Source: Eledone cirrhosa
Lineage: Eukaryota
NCBI GenBank assembly: GCA_964016885.1
Contig: OZ024741.1
Location: forward strand, 409,510,001 to 409,574,000
DNA length: 64,000 bases
Reading direction: 5' to 3'
The notes under the pieces were generated by a model, which saw only the letters and a list, made by a program, of their open reading frames with translations, had not been told where the DNA came from and ran no database searches. Shown piece after piece: positions 1 to 11,500 of the stretch. Position 1 is the stretch's first letter. Each line of letters begins with the position of its first letter. A program made the position numbers and the translations under genes.

Positions 1-79
1 CAGATCTTTTAAACCATTCCAAGAATCCTTCATAAATTGACTGTATTAAACAGTCATTAATACTTTTTTCAAATATCAC
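1..79 (-). CDS. candidate coding exon of an unidentified gene (runs off the window)
   Basis: Strong acceptor ttttcttcttcttctccag|GTG, then an open phase-0 frame VIFEKSINDCLIQSIYEGFLEWFKRS. No homology recognised. Confidence 0.4.
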   Translation of the reverse strand, partial: MIFEKSINDCLIQSIYEGFLEWFKRS

Positions 80-169
80 CTGGAGAAGAAGAAGAAAAGA
101 AACTATACCTCAATTGGCTCTTTACTTTATACCTTGTAGATCTTTAGAATTTGGGGAGAAACATCCCAC

Positions 170-250
170 CTGAGCCCCTACCCATTGGCCCTGTTCACCC
201 CATCTCACTACAGCTAGGGTCACAAAACTATTGACCCAAATATTTTCCAC
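170..250 (-). CDS. candidate 81-nt coding exon of the same unidentified gene
   Basis: ctacag|GTG...GCTCAG|gtggga encodes VENIWVNSFVTLAVVRWGEQGQWVGAQ. It splices in frame over a 90-nt intron to the 1-79 exon, but the pyrimidine tract is weak. Confidence 0.3.
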
Positions 251-276
251 CTGTAGACATTCCACTTGGAATTCAT

Positions 277-567
277 TATATATATAAACACATATATGTA
301 TAAATATATACATACACACACGCACATACATATATACACACACACATATTTATACACATATACAAGTATATTATTATATACATTTTTTTTCTTTTTTTCC
401 ACTGGAAATCTTTTTTCCATCTGTAGAATTTTCTATACAAATTGTATAAAACTATTTCTTTTCATCCAGAAGTTTCTCTCTATGTCTTGGTCTCTCTCTC
501 TATATATATATATATGTATATATATAGTCCATCACTCTCTTTCTCTCTGTATCTTGGTCTTTCTCTA

Positions 568-600
<33 letters not shown>
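277..600. repeat. (TA)n/(CA)n/(TC)n microsatellite cluster
   Basis: Dinucleotide runs are directly visible. Confidence 0.85.
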
Positions 601-602
<2 letters not shown>

Positions 603-1359
603 CTTGGTATCTGCAGAGAACTTCAGAAATTCCAACAATAACAACAACAATATCAAGAAAATATGAAAATAAATCAATAACAATAAAAAAAATGAAATAA
701 AATTTTTTAAAATGTGAAGAAAAGGAAGAAAAGGAAGGTGATGACAAATTTTCAAAATTTTTCAAAATTTTTTTCCCAACAATCTGTATTTACCATTATA
801 CTAGAGAATGAGAGGAACAGCAAGTAATTCCTTTTGTTTTGGGTTTATTATGAATTCTATTATTATTATTATTATTATTAATTAATTATTATTAATTATT
901 ATTTTGTTGGTTTTTGTTTTTTTGACATTTTGGAAGTAAAATAACGATTTAAACAATGACTGTGGTTTTGTTTTATTTTTTGTGGGGGTTCTTAGAACAA
1001 AGAACTGGAATCATCCAGACATTGTGTTATCTGGTTTCAGAGACAGAGAAGAGATTGCTGTCTGAACATTTGGTAAGTGTTCTTGGAACAATTTGATAGA
1101 GGAATAACTGGTATCACCCTTGCATTCTTTGTCATCAGGTTTTACCAAAGTACAAATCTTTGCTGTGTAAACATATGGTGTGGCACCTCTCTACTATGGC
1201 ACCACTAATTCACTACATATTACTCTAGTATGTGTAAGGGTAAAAGTTGAAAATGCAAGACTTTAAGAGTCTTGAAGAAGGTTTATTGAAATTAATTCCT
1301 AACTTAACCAGTTTCACAAGATTCATGATTTTCAAAAGTTAAGATGGAGAGATTGGTGG

Positions 1360-2037
1360 GTTAGACAGCTGAACGAGAAGTGCATGGAACAAGGTTTGGA
1401 TCTGTATCAGGTTTCTGTCGATCTGACAAAAGCTTTCAATACTGTTTTGTGGAAGATTCTCCAGAAACTTAGTTGCCCTGATAAGTTCCTTGCTTTAGTT
1501 AGGTCTTTCCATGACGACATGAAGGCTTGGGTTAATGTCAGAGGTAACATGTTGGAACCTATCTCAGTGAAAAATGGAGTGAAACGGGGATATTCCAGCA
1601 CCAACCCTGTTTGCCATATGCTTTGCAATAGTTTTCTATATTGTATTCAGGAATTGCAAGTATGGTGTTTACATCCAATATCAAACCTCTGGCAGCATAT
1701 TTAACATCAGGCACTTTGCTGCAAAAACATAAGTATTTACATAAATCATAGGAGACCTCTTGTATGCAGATGATTGCGATCTTGTAGCGCGCACAGTGAT
1801 ATGCAGCACATTTTGAATGCATTTTCTGATGCTTGCACTGCCCTAGGATTGACTGTCAGTCTCAAGAAAACCGTCATGTACCAACCTGCCTCTGGTAAGC
1901 AGTACAGTGAACCAAATATCTATGTGTATGGTAAACGACTTGGAGTGGTTGATCAGTTTGTCTACCTGGGAAGCACTGTCTATTGATACAGCAATCTTGA
2001 TGAAATTCAACTCAGGATTAGGAAAGCAAGTGATGCA
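1360..2037 (+). mobile_element. decayed RTE (BovB-like) LINE reverse transcriptase fragment
   Basis: Frameshifted RT motifs: EKCMEQ..VDLTKAF, LWKILQKLSCPDKF, NGVKRG, DLLYADD, GLTVSLKKT, FVYLGS. Confidence 0.8.
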
Positions 2038-2445
2038 GTGAACTACCATCCAATCTCACTCACCTCTCATATCATCAAGGTATTTGAGATGGTGGTGAGA
2101 TCACGAATAACCCACTTTCTCAAAAATAACAGATGGCTGAACTCCAACCAACATGGGTTCCGTAATGGAAGGGACTGCCTAACACAGCCTCTGCATCACT
2201 TTGATGATGTTTTGAGAGCTTTGGGAGAGGGCTCCAACACTGATGTCACCTACCTTGATTTCAGCAAGGCCTTTGACAGGGTTGATCATAAGATTCTATT
2301 GAAAAAACTATCCAACGTTGGTGTTTCAGGAAAGTTACTAGAGTGGATGAAGTGTTTCATGACAGAGCCCAACATGTTGAAGGAGTAAAATCAAGCCCAG
2401 CCAAAGTCAGCAGTGGTGTCCTGCAAGGCACTGTGTTAGGGACAC
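2038..2445 (+). mobile_element. CR1/L2-type LINE RT fragment
   Basis: NYHPISLTSHIIKVFE, NQHGFR, YLDFSKAFDRVDHKILLKKL, and SGVLQGTVLG in another frame. Confidence 0.8.
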
Positions 2446-2639
2446 AGGTTTTTGGCCAGGATTGGTCCAGGCCATGTCTAACTTAATAGCACCACCTGAC
2501 AAAGCCTTTCAAATCAGGATTTGGACACCATAGCCCACTCAAGTAGAGAGTTATTGTTTACAGAGACATATCTGGGAGTAGGAAGTTTATTCAGAATTTC
2601 TTGAAGGAAACAGACCCCCATAAAGTTCAAGAAGTCTGA

Positions 2640-2742
2640 ACAAATAAAGTGTCTTGCTCAAGGACATAACATCACTGTCCAGGAATCAAACTCACAACCT
2701 CAGGATTGTGAATCCAATTCTCTAACCACTCAGCCACATGCC
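2640..2742 (-). mobile_element. tRNA-derived SINE head fragment
   Basis: A-box-like TGGCTGAGTGG, B-box-like GAGTTTGATTCC and core CCTTGAGCAAGACACTTTA. Homologous to 19060-19197. Confidence 0.7.
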
Positions 2743-2791
2743 TATATATGTATATATCTACCTATATATATTTATTAAAATAACAGATTAA

Positions 2792-2842
2792 AGTTTAAGC
2801 AAAGAATCGCTGCTTTCACCCTTAATGGGATCTTCTGAAACT
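2792..2842 (-). ncRNA. degenerate type I hammerhead ribozyme
   Basis: The minus strand reads AGTTT-CAGAAGA-TCCCATTAAGGGT-GAAA-GCA-gcgattctt-TGCT-T-AAACT. Stems I (5 bp), II (3 bp) and III (4 bp) all pair. The core has A in place of U4. Confidence 0.6.
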
Positions 2843-3103
2843 AAAAAAGTCAATCTGTGAACGCAGAAGTAAATATTTCGAAAAACGTTGCAACCGAAGG
2901 AAAACAGGAAGACGATACTTTGGTTCGTGAAGACGTTCCCTGGCAAAGAACGACAAAAAAATGAAGATAATACATTGTTATGTGGAGCGATGAGAACAAT
3001 TACACGCAAAGACAAAACCACGTTTATGGTATAAATGAAGTCATAGACTAATATTCTATTTAGGAAACCGAATGATTCTCAACTTCAGAGTTAACAATAA
3101 TTG

Positions 3104-3290
3104 TTTCTACTTTTGGCACACGGCCAGCAATCCCCCAGTGAATTACTGGTACTTTATTTTATCGACCCCGTAAGGATGAAAGGCAAAGTTAACCTCGGCG
3201 GGATTTGAACTGAGATCATAAAGGGAGGTAACTCTATGCTTCAAAGCATGGTGTCCGACCCTCTACCGATACTGCCAATCCACCGCCTTA
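3104..3290 (-). mobile_element. tRNA-derived SINE with ~16-bp target-site duplication
   Basis: A-box-like TGGCAGTATCGG and B-box-like AGTTCAAATCC. Flanked by cagagttaacaataat (3087) and cagagttaagaataat (3291). Confidence 0.75.
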
Positions 3291-4681
3291 CAGAGTTAAG
3301 AATAATGTAAATAAATTAGTAGAACGAAAATAGAGGTTATTAAAATCAATAATAATTGAATATATACATACACGCATCTATAACGTACATACGCGAAAAC
3401 ACCCTGCCATGCATGCATATACATGCATGTTTGCATAAACACGAACCCACATACATAAATCTGCTCGACACATGTACCCGCACACATACAAACGTATACA
3501 CCAAATACACATAAAAAATATATATATATGTGTGCGTGTAAACATAATTTTATAAACGTATATAAATATACACACATAAATATGTATATAGCGCACGCAT
3601 ACACATACCTACGGGTAAAACATGTTCACCAAACGTACGTCAACCAAAACACAATGTACACATATACACCTTACATACGTGCAAACACGCATACACACAC
3701 AAACACAAAATACACATATACGAGTATATATAATATAATATATACACCATAATAAATACAAGCATATATATGTACGAGAAAGTATACGTACCTTCACAAA
3801 ACATACGGGTAATATATACTTACCTATACAAATAAGTAATGGTATAAACATAAAATATACTTAGCTACCACACCAAGACGTAAATATCCGCGTATTGTTG
3901 GTACTATCCGTTAGGGTATAATGTGGGGCTGTAATACAGGAAAGTTTTATGCAATTTGTGTTTACAAGCCGAAATTGCCTCAGATTTTTTGTTTAAGTAT
4001 TTCCAGGTTTTCAGCAGCGCAAAGATCGCATGGTCTTTTATTTCCGTTATACAATCTAGCCTTAGCTAGGATCTTCCAGTGTAACTTATATTGGGTGTGG
4101 TTGTCTTTTAGACTCCAGATATAAGCTGAAAGTGACGTCATATTCCTTCTTAAAGGGTTAAGAAAAGAATGGGTGAGCTGCTTGAATCTATTGGCGGTTA
4201 ACCCTATGTAGGCCCTACAGGACGTGGGTGTTTCGACCTTACATTTGAGCGCTCTTTGGATTTTAGTCTTCACATTTATTATTATTACTATATATATCAT
4301 CATCATCATCATCATCAACGTTTAACGTCCGTGTTCCACGCTTGCATGGGTTTGGACGGGGGTATTCCCACTTGAGGCAAGAGTGATTGTCTTGCTCGCA
4401 TAGGACTGCCTGGCAGGTTTTCTACAGTTGGATGCCCTTCCTAACACCAACCACATTTATAGTGTGGGTCTGGGAGGTTTTTACCGTGTTGCCTACACGG
4501 CAACATTACAGCGTGGACTGTGTGTTTTTTTGTCGTGACACCTACATGATCTCATTTGTTTCGGCCTGGATGGTGTGGCACCAACATAACTTTACATAGA
4601 AGGGAGTGGTGTGGATGGGGTGGGGGGGGGGGTGTATTTTGTTAGAGATGCCTACTGGCTGTAGTAGGTTTTACTATGTAT

Positions 4682-7600
4682 TTAGGTAAGGCGGGTCTTC
4701 TCTATTACTGAGTACCGCCAAAGGTCTCGGTCCAGTGACATTGTCTTGGAGAGGTGTAAGTGTGTGAGGTCGGAGTTTATCAGCTCGTCCCAGGTTTTTC
4801 TAGGTCTGCCTATTCCGTGGCTACCGTCTATCTTTATTGCCCTGCACTTTGTTATACAGCTATCGACTTTCATGCGCATCACGTGTCCATACCAACGTAG
4901 CCTTCTCTCGAGTAAACAACATCTGATCCCTCTTATTTCTAATTTTTTCCTTAGTTCGTTTATGCTTTGCCGTTCACGTATATTACTATTACACATCCAG
5001 CGGAGCATGCAAGCTTCGTTCCTCTCTAGTCTGCATATATCCTCTGCACACAATGCCCAGGTTTCACTGCCATGCAACATTGCTGTTCGTATGCAGGCAT
5101 CATACAACCTGCCTTTCATTTTTAGGGAGAACCCTTTAGCGGCTAATAGTGGTATAAGCTCTCTGAACTTTTTCCATCCAGTTCTGACTCTAGCTACTGT
5201 ACTTTCAGAGCACCCTCCCCCACTGCTGATTTTGTCACCCAGGTAACGGAAGCTGTCCACTATTTCTATAGAGCCCTCTGCGCAGTTGTAAGAGCTAGTA
5301 TTTTGTGGGCACTTGCTGCTACTTATTGCACCAGAGCACCGGCCACATGTAAAATCTATGTTCTTAGTTAGTTTACCTGTGATCCCACTACATCTTTTAT
5401 GCACCCATACTTTGCATTTGGGACATAAAATAGAGTTTCTACCTACGCCTTTCCTACACACTGAGCATGGCCATTTCCCGGAAGGGACCGCCGCCTTATT
5501 TTCTTTCCTACAAACTAGAACTTTAGTCTTAGCCAGGTTAATTTTAAGGCCTTTTGATTCTAGGCCGTGCTTCCATGTTTGGAATTTCTTCTCTAGTTCG
5601 GCCATTGATTCAGCTATGAGTGTCAGGTCGTCTGCGTATAGGAGTTCCCATGGGCAGCCGGTCTTGAACTCCTCTGTTATAGCCTGAAGGGCAATAATAA
5701 ATAGTAGGGGGCTGAGAACAGAGCCCTGTTGGACGCCAACTTTTACGCTAAACTCTTCACTATATTCGTTGTTAATTCTAACCTTGCTGACTGTTTCTTT
5801 ATACATGGCTTGTATAGCTCTCACAAGCCATTCGTCGACACCTAGTTTTCTAAGGGCCCACCAGATAATGGAACGGGGGACTCTGTCGAAGGCTTTCTCC
5901 AAGTCGACAAAAGCTAAGTAGAGGGGTTTACCTTTAGCTAGGTACTTCTCCTGTAGTTGTCGTACAATGAAAAGAGCGTCTGTGGTACTTTTGCCTGACA
6001 CAAACCCGAACTGCATTTCATCTAGGTCAATTCTCTCTCTGATTAGTTGCGCTATTACTTTTTCCGTGACCTTCATGACCTGGTCGATTAATTTAATGCC
6101 TCTATAGTTACTCCTATCTAGGGCATCTCCTTTACCCTTATAACAGTTAACGATGATGCTGCTATGCCAGTCCTTCGGAACAACCCCATTCTGTACGACT
6201 TGGTTAACTATGAGGGTGACCATGGTGTGTCCCACCATGCCAGATGCCTTCAGTATCTCAGCAACTATTTCCGAAGGACTGCTGGTCCCTCTATTGGGTC
6301 GATGTGGGGGAGACTGTCTTTCCCCCATTTATTCTCCTCATTTAGTAGCCTTTCATAGTGACACTTCCAAGCTACCTTCTTATCAGCGTCGGTGATGGCA
6401 AGTACGCCGTCATCATTAAGTACACACTTCTCCCCAACAATATCACGGTTTTCCTTGACACATTGCCTAGCAATCCTGAACACCTCACGTTTTTGGTCCT
6501 CGCGTTGTAGAACATGCTTGAACTTTCTTTCCTCTGCTTCTCTTCTTGCGAAGTACACTTGTCTCCTAGCTTCCCTCCTGGCCACTTGATAGTCTTCTCT
6601 ACTTCCCCCATCCCGCCATACTTTCCAAGCCTGCTTTTTGGCCTTAATTGACCCCTCCACCTTACTGTTCCACCACCATGTTACTCTCCTCCTGCCTACA
6701 GGCCTGCTCCAGCCACAGACTTCGTCTGTCGCCATCAGCAGGTTTGCTTTCAGAAATTCCCACTGTCCCTCTATATTGTCCGACTCTAAATGCTCTTCCT
6801 TACTGTCGAAAGCATCAAGTAATATGCTTTGAAATTTATTTCTGGCTGTGGGGTCCTTTAGCTTCCATATTTTTCTCCTGAGGATAGTCCTCTTCTGCTG
6901 TCGAGTACGTCTCGTCCTGACTATGAGGTCACTAATTATCAGTCTATGTTGGGAGGTGCATTCTTCATGGGGGAGGGATTTAGTGTTTACAACAGACACT
7001 CTGTCACGTCTTCTGGTAAGGATATAATCTACCTGGCTTGTGTGTTCCCTGGATCTATAGGTGATCAGGTGATTGTCACGTTTTTTGAAGTTAGTGTTAC
7101 AGATAGTTAGGTTATTTGCGTCACAGAATTCCAGGATTCTGGAGCCTTCCTCATTTCTAGTACCAAACCCATAGCCTCCATGGATTTCGTCGTAGCCGTC
7201 ACAATGTTGTCCAACGTGACCATTTAGGTCGCCTGCAATAATTATATAGTCACTGTCGGTTATTTGGGGGGTAGTGAGCATCAGTGTCTCATAGAATCTG
7301 TCTTTTATAGTGCCAGGCAGTCCGGATTGGGGTGCGTACGCAGATATTACTGTCACCGTAGTTCTATTGAGGACAAGTCTTATTTTAATTATTCTGTCGT
7401 TCACTCTATTTACGTCTATTATCTTATCTGCCCACTTTTCTGCTACCATGATTCCTACTCCACCCAGCCCATCGTCGTTTCCCACCCAGAAAAGCTTATA
7501 ACATCGTTTTTTACCCTCAATGAATCTAGCAGACCCACCCCTCCACCTGGTCTCTTGAATACAACAAACATCGACCTCCTTACGTTCAAGCATTTCTACA

Positions 7601-7824
7601 ACTTCGTTAGCGCAACCCTTTAAGGTGCCTACATTTATGGTACCAACTCTGAAGTTTTGGATTGCGTTTGGAGGGTGGGGGCGGTGGGGGGCGGGGGGAG
7701 ATGGGGTTATGTTAGCCGTCCGCGGTCGAAACAAAGAGGAGTGCTCGCATTCTCGTCCACGAGGTGAATTTGTCTTTATCTTTGGCATTGTCGCTGAGCG
7801 TCCAGATTTTTCTCTCTCTTCCAC
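4682..7824 (-). pseudogene. RTE-a ORF: APE endonuclease + RT + PHD finger, frameshifted by an internal deletion near 6280
   Basis: Motifs GTINVGTL, QETRW, SAYAPQ, GDLNGHVG, SQHRL, FVDLEKAFD, QGSVLSP and YADD. About 19 codons are missing relative to RTE-b between PIEGPAV and PSEIVAE. Confidence 0.92.
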
Positions 7825-8017
7825 TCTCCAGGATTCCGTAGTCTATCCATCCATCATATATCGAAAGGCAACCGGGCAAGCGATAGTATAGGCCTCTGGC
7901 TTATGATTGGTCCGCGTAATAATAATGGTGATGCGTGGGGGCTCTGGTTTATGATTGGTCCACGTAATAACAATGGTGGTGAGTGGGGGCGGGAGGGATG
8001 GGTGTTGGGTAGCTAGC

Positions 8018-8128
8018 TAGAAGGTAAGGATTGAATGAGGTCCTCGTATTTAACAAGCGATTAACAAAAATACAAGATTTGTTCTGTTCAATACGACAAA
8101 AACTCTCGTATTTAACAAGTAATAACAA
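8018..8128 (+). repeat. 111-bp direct repeat, copy 1 (copy 2 at 12526-12636)
   Basis: tagaaggtaaggattg...aagtaataacaa, identical between copies except for one base. Confidence 0.9.
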
Positions 8129-8326
8129 AAAATACAGATTTGTTTTAGGAATACGGCCGCTACATTTAGGATTTGGCAAGATTGGATGTTTGGACTGGAT
8201 ACGAAATGGAAGTGTGGAGATGATAGAAAAATGTGTACATTACGTTACATGATATACCGTGAAGGAGCAGCGATGAATTTGGCGAAAGTGATTTACTTGA
8301 AGGGGTTTATCTTATATATATATAGC

Positions 8327-8360
<34 letters not shown>

Positions 8361-8559
8361 GGGGGGGTTGGCCGCATGCTGTAGGTATTGGGGTGGCTGA
8401 CCGCGAAGCCCTCGTGAAGTAGAGGGAGGGGGTCGAGGGATAGTAGAAGCGGGAGTTTAGAGTTTTCGAAGTAGCATAATATATTTAAAGGAATTTATAA
8501 GAAGAAGAAGAAGGAAAGGATTTTGTTTTGTTTTGAAAATATGAAGAGATAAGACACTT

Positions 8560-11500
8560 TCCCATTCTTCTCTGCTAAAATGTATCACTAGAGTTGATTC
8601 CAATTGTTCCAGCCATCCATCCATCCTTACTAATCTCCGAAGGTATTTTAGCCTACATATTGTTGGTAATATTAATGATGTTCCCTGCTGTATTAGCGAT
8701 AAATTTTCGAGGGTTTTTCTTAGTAGTTTTCATGACGTTATTATTGTTAATTTTACTGATGTAGTATTAACTTGGATATTTACCATGCGGTATTCTAATT
8801 CTATTGTATCTCTCTCAGTTATTTACCATGCGACCCTCAGTTCCTACCTCACAAGCTCCCCCCCCCCCCACACACACACCACCATAGTCTATTCAACCAA
8901 TCAAATCTAGCGTGCCATTTCCACTGCTGCTGCTACTACCTGCCTAACTAACTCTCTCCTCCTCTGGCGCATCCCAACACACCCTGCCATTACCCCACCA
9001 CCACTGTTCTTCTAGCCCTCAATTTTCCCACCGTTATGGATGGATGAGCTGAGAATACATTTGAGCAACTCTGAATCAATAGATGAAATATGAATCTGCG
9101 AGCTACCAAGCACCCACGTGAAGCGCCAACCCAGAGACCCTCCCCTACGAGTGTCGACAAATGCCCAAAACTCCGAGTTGGTACCATCAATGTAGGCTCA
9201 ATGAAAGGAAGAGCAGGGGAAATCGTAGAAATGCTAGAGCGAAAGGAAGTTGATGTATGCTGTGTGCAAGAGAATAGATGGAGAGGAGGGTCTGCTAGAG
9301 TCCTTGTAGGAAAAAGCAAGTGCTACAAATTTTTCTGGGTGGGAAATGACGATGGGATGGGTGGTGTAGGTATACTATTAGCTGACAAGTGGGTAGATAA
9401 AGTAATCTCAGTGTACAGGGTAAATGCAAGAATCATTAAACTCAGACTAGTCCTGAATAAGACAATTACAACAATAATATCAGCTTACGCACCCCAATCG
9501 GGGCTGCCAGATGAACTTAAGGATAGGTTTTACGAGTCCCTAATACACACTACTGCTCTAACAGACGACAAGGACTTCCTAATCATTGCAGGAGATTTTA
9601 ACGGACACGTAGGTAAACACTGCGACGGCTTCAATAGAGTACATGGAGGCCATGGAGTTGGCACAAGGAATGAGGAAGGATTCAGACTTCTAGAATTCTG
9701 CGACGCCAATGACATGTCGATATGTAACACAAACTTTAAAAAACCCGACAACCACCTGATCACCTATAGATCAGGGGAGCACTCTAGTCAGTTAGATTTT
9801 ATCCTCATCAGAGGACGTGACAGATGGACGGTCGTAAACACAAAAGCCTTCCCTAGTGAGGAATGTACATCCCAACATAGCTTAGTTGTCAGCGACCTCA
9901 CGGTCAGAACTAGACGAGCCCTGAAACAGAGGCCAACCTGGAGAAGAAAGATCTGGAAGCTGAAAGTCCCCTCAACCAGTAACAGATTTAAAGATATTTT
10001 ACTCAACGCCTACGACAGTAAAGAAGAACAGATACAGACATTTAACGTAGAAGAGAACTGGGAGTTCCTAAAAAATAACTTACTAGAGGCGACAGATGAG
10101 GTTTGTGGCTGGAGTAAGACCTCAAGCAGGAGGAGAGTGACTTGGTGGTGGAACAATAAGGTAGATGAAGCAGTCAAGGCCAAGAGACAGGCATGGAAAG
10201 AATGGAAGAACGGGGGGAGCAGGGTACATTACATAGAGACCAAGAGGGAAGCTAGGCGACAAGTATACTTAGCTAGGAGGGAAGCAGAGGATAGAAAATT
10301 CAAGCATGTTTTACAACGTGAGGACCAGAAACAGGAGGTATTCAAGATTGCGAGGCAGTGTGTCAGAGATAGTTGTGATGTAATTGGAGAGAAGTGTATC
10401 CGGAATGATAAAGGTGAGCTTGCCCTCACAAGTGCTGAGAAGAAAGATGCATGGAAGAATCATTATGATAGATTACTAAATGAGGAGAATGCATGGGAAG
10501 AAGAGACCCTACCCCATGTAGACCCTATAGAGGGACCAGCAGTACAAGTCAGCGGCAGCGTAGTAAGTAAGGCAATCAGAGATATGAAGATGGGGAAGGC
10601 AACCGGTCCATCGGGTATAGCTGCCGAGATGCTGAAGGCATCTGGGTCTGTAGGTCACACTATAACCACATGTATCGTTAACCAGGTAATACTAGAAGGG
10701 GCCATACCAAAAGATTGGTGCAGTAGCATCATTGTCAACTGCTATAAAGGTAAAGGCGATGCACTAGATAGAGGAAACTATAGAGGTATAAAGTTGATGG
10801 ACCAGGTCATGAAAGTAACAGAAAGAGTTATAGCACAGCTGATTAGGGACCGGGTGAATATAGACGAGATGCAATTTGGGTTTGTACCAGGGAGAGGCAC
10901 CACTGATGCCCTCTTCCTTGTGAGGCAATTACAGGAAAAGTACCTAGCTAAAAGTAAGCCACTCTACTTGGCATTTGTCGACCTTGAGAAAGCCTTTGAC
11001 AGAGTTCCACGTGCTGTAATCTGGTGGGCTCTTAGAAAACTAGGAGTAGATGAATGGCTTGTGAAAGCGGTACAAGCCATGTATAGGGGAGCAGTCAGCA
11101 AAGTTAGGATTAGCAATGAGTATAGCGAGGAATTTAGCGTACAGGTTGGGGTCCACCAGGGCTCTGTTCTTAGCCCTCTCCTGTTCATCATAGGCCTGCA
11201 GGCAATAACGGAGGAGTTTAAGACCGGATGCCCATGGGAACTCCTGTATGCTGATGACCTCGCACTCATAGCTGAATCTATGGTAGAACTAGAGAATAAA
11301 TTCCAAACCTGGAAGCAGGGACTAGAGAGAAAGGGCCTCAAAGTCAACATGACAAAGACTAAGGTCCTTGTAAGTAGACGAGAAAACAGAACCCAGATCC
11401 CCTCAGGGAAATGGCCTTGCTCAGTATGTAGGAAAGGTGTAGGTAGGAACTCCATTCTCTGCCCCAAATGCAAACAATGGGTACACAAGAGATGTAGCGG

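Larger units (their letters stand above)
2790..4275 (-). mobile_element. Penelope-like element 3' remnant (GIY-YIG endonuclease, microsatellite-rich UTR, hammerhead)
   Basis: 3980-4275 reads KCKVET..AYIGLTANRFKQ..HSF..TSLSAYIWSLK..WKIL..CDLC..E. A TG/TA-rich tract (3360-3860) and a hammerhead-like fold (2792-2842) lie downstream on the same strand. Confidence 0.7.
4296..8540 (-). mobile_element. near full-length RTE-clade LINE (family RTE-a)
   Basis: Single APE-RT ORF, ~370-nt 3' UTR and (TGA)n tail at 4296-4317. The 5' UTR is C-rich and its boundary is approximate. Confidence 0.92.

Noticed and set aside
266-765. Short ORFs rich in Y/I/H/T/C/V or ER repeats here and at 3296-3851, 14083-14421 and 15993-16311
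   Set aside because: These are microsatellite translations.
996-1072. Plus-strand exon ending at a gtaagt donor
   Set aside because: Two frames are open, with no recognisable homology and no partner exons.
2452-2500. ~50-bp similarity to 12671-12722
   Set aside because: Probably fragments of a dispersed repeat, too short and diverged to classify.
4746-5687. Antisense ORFs over RTE and Tx1 coding regions
   Set aside because: Shadow frames of the RT ORFs with no independent motifs.
6265-6328. Programmed frameshift between RTE-a APE and RT ORFs
   Set aside because: Alignment to RTE-b shows a deletion at this point, and RTE-b is continuous here.
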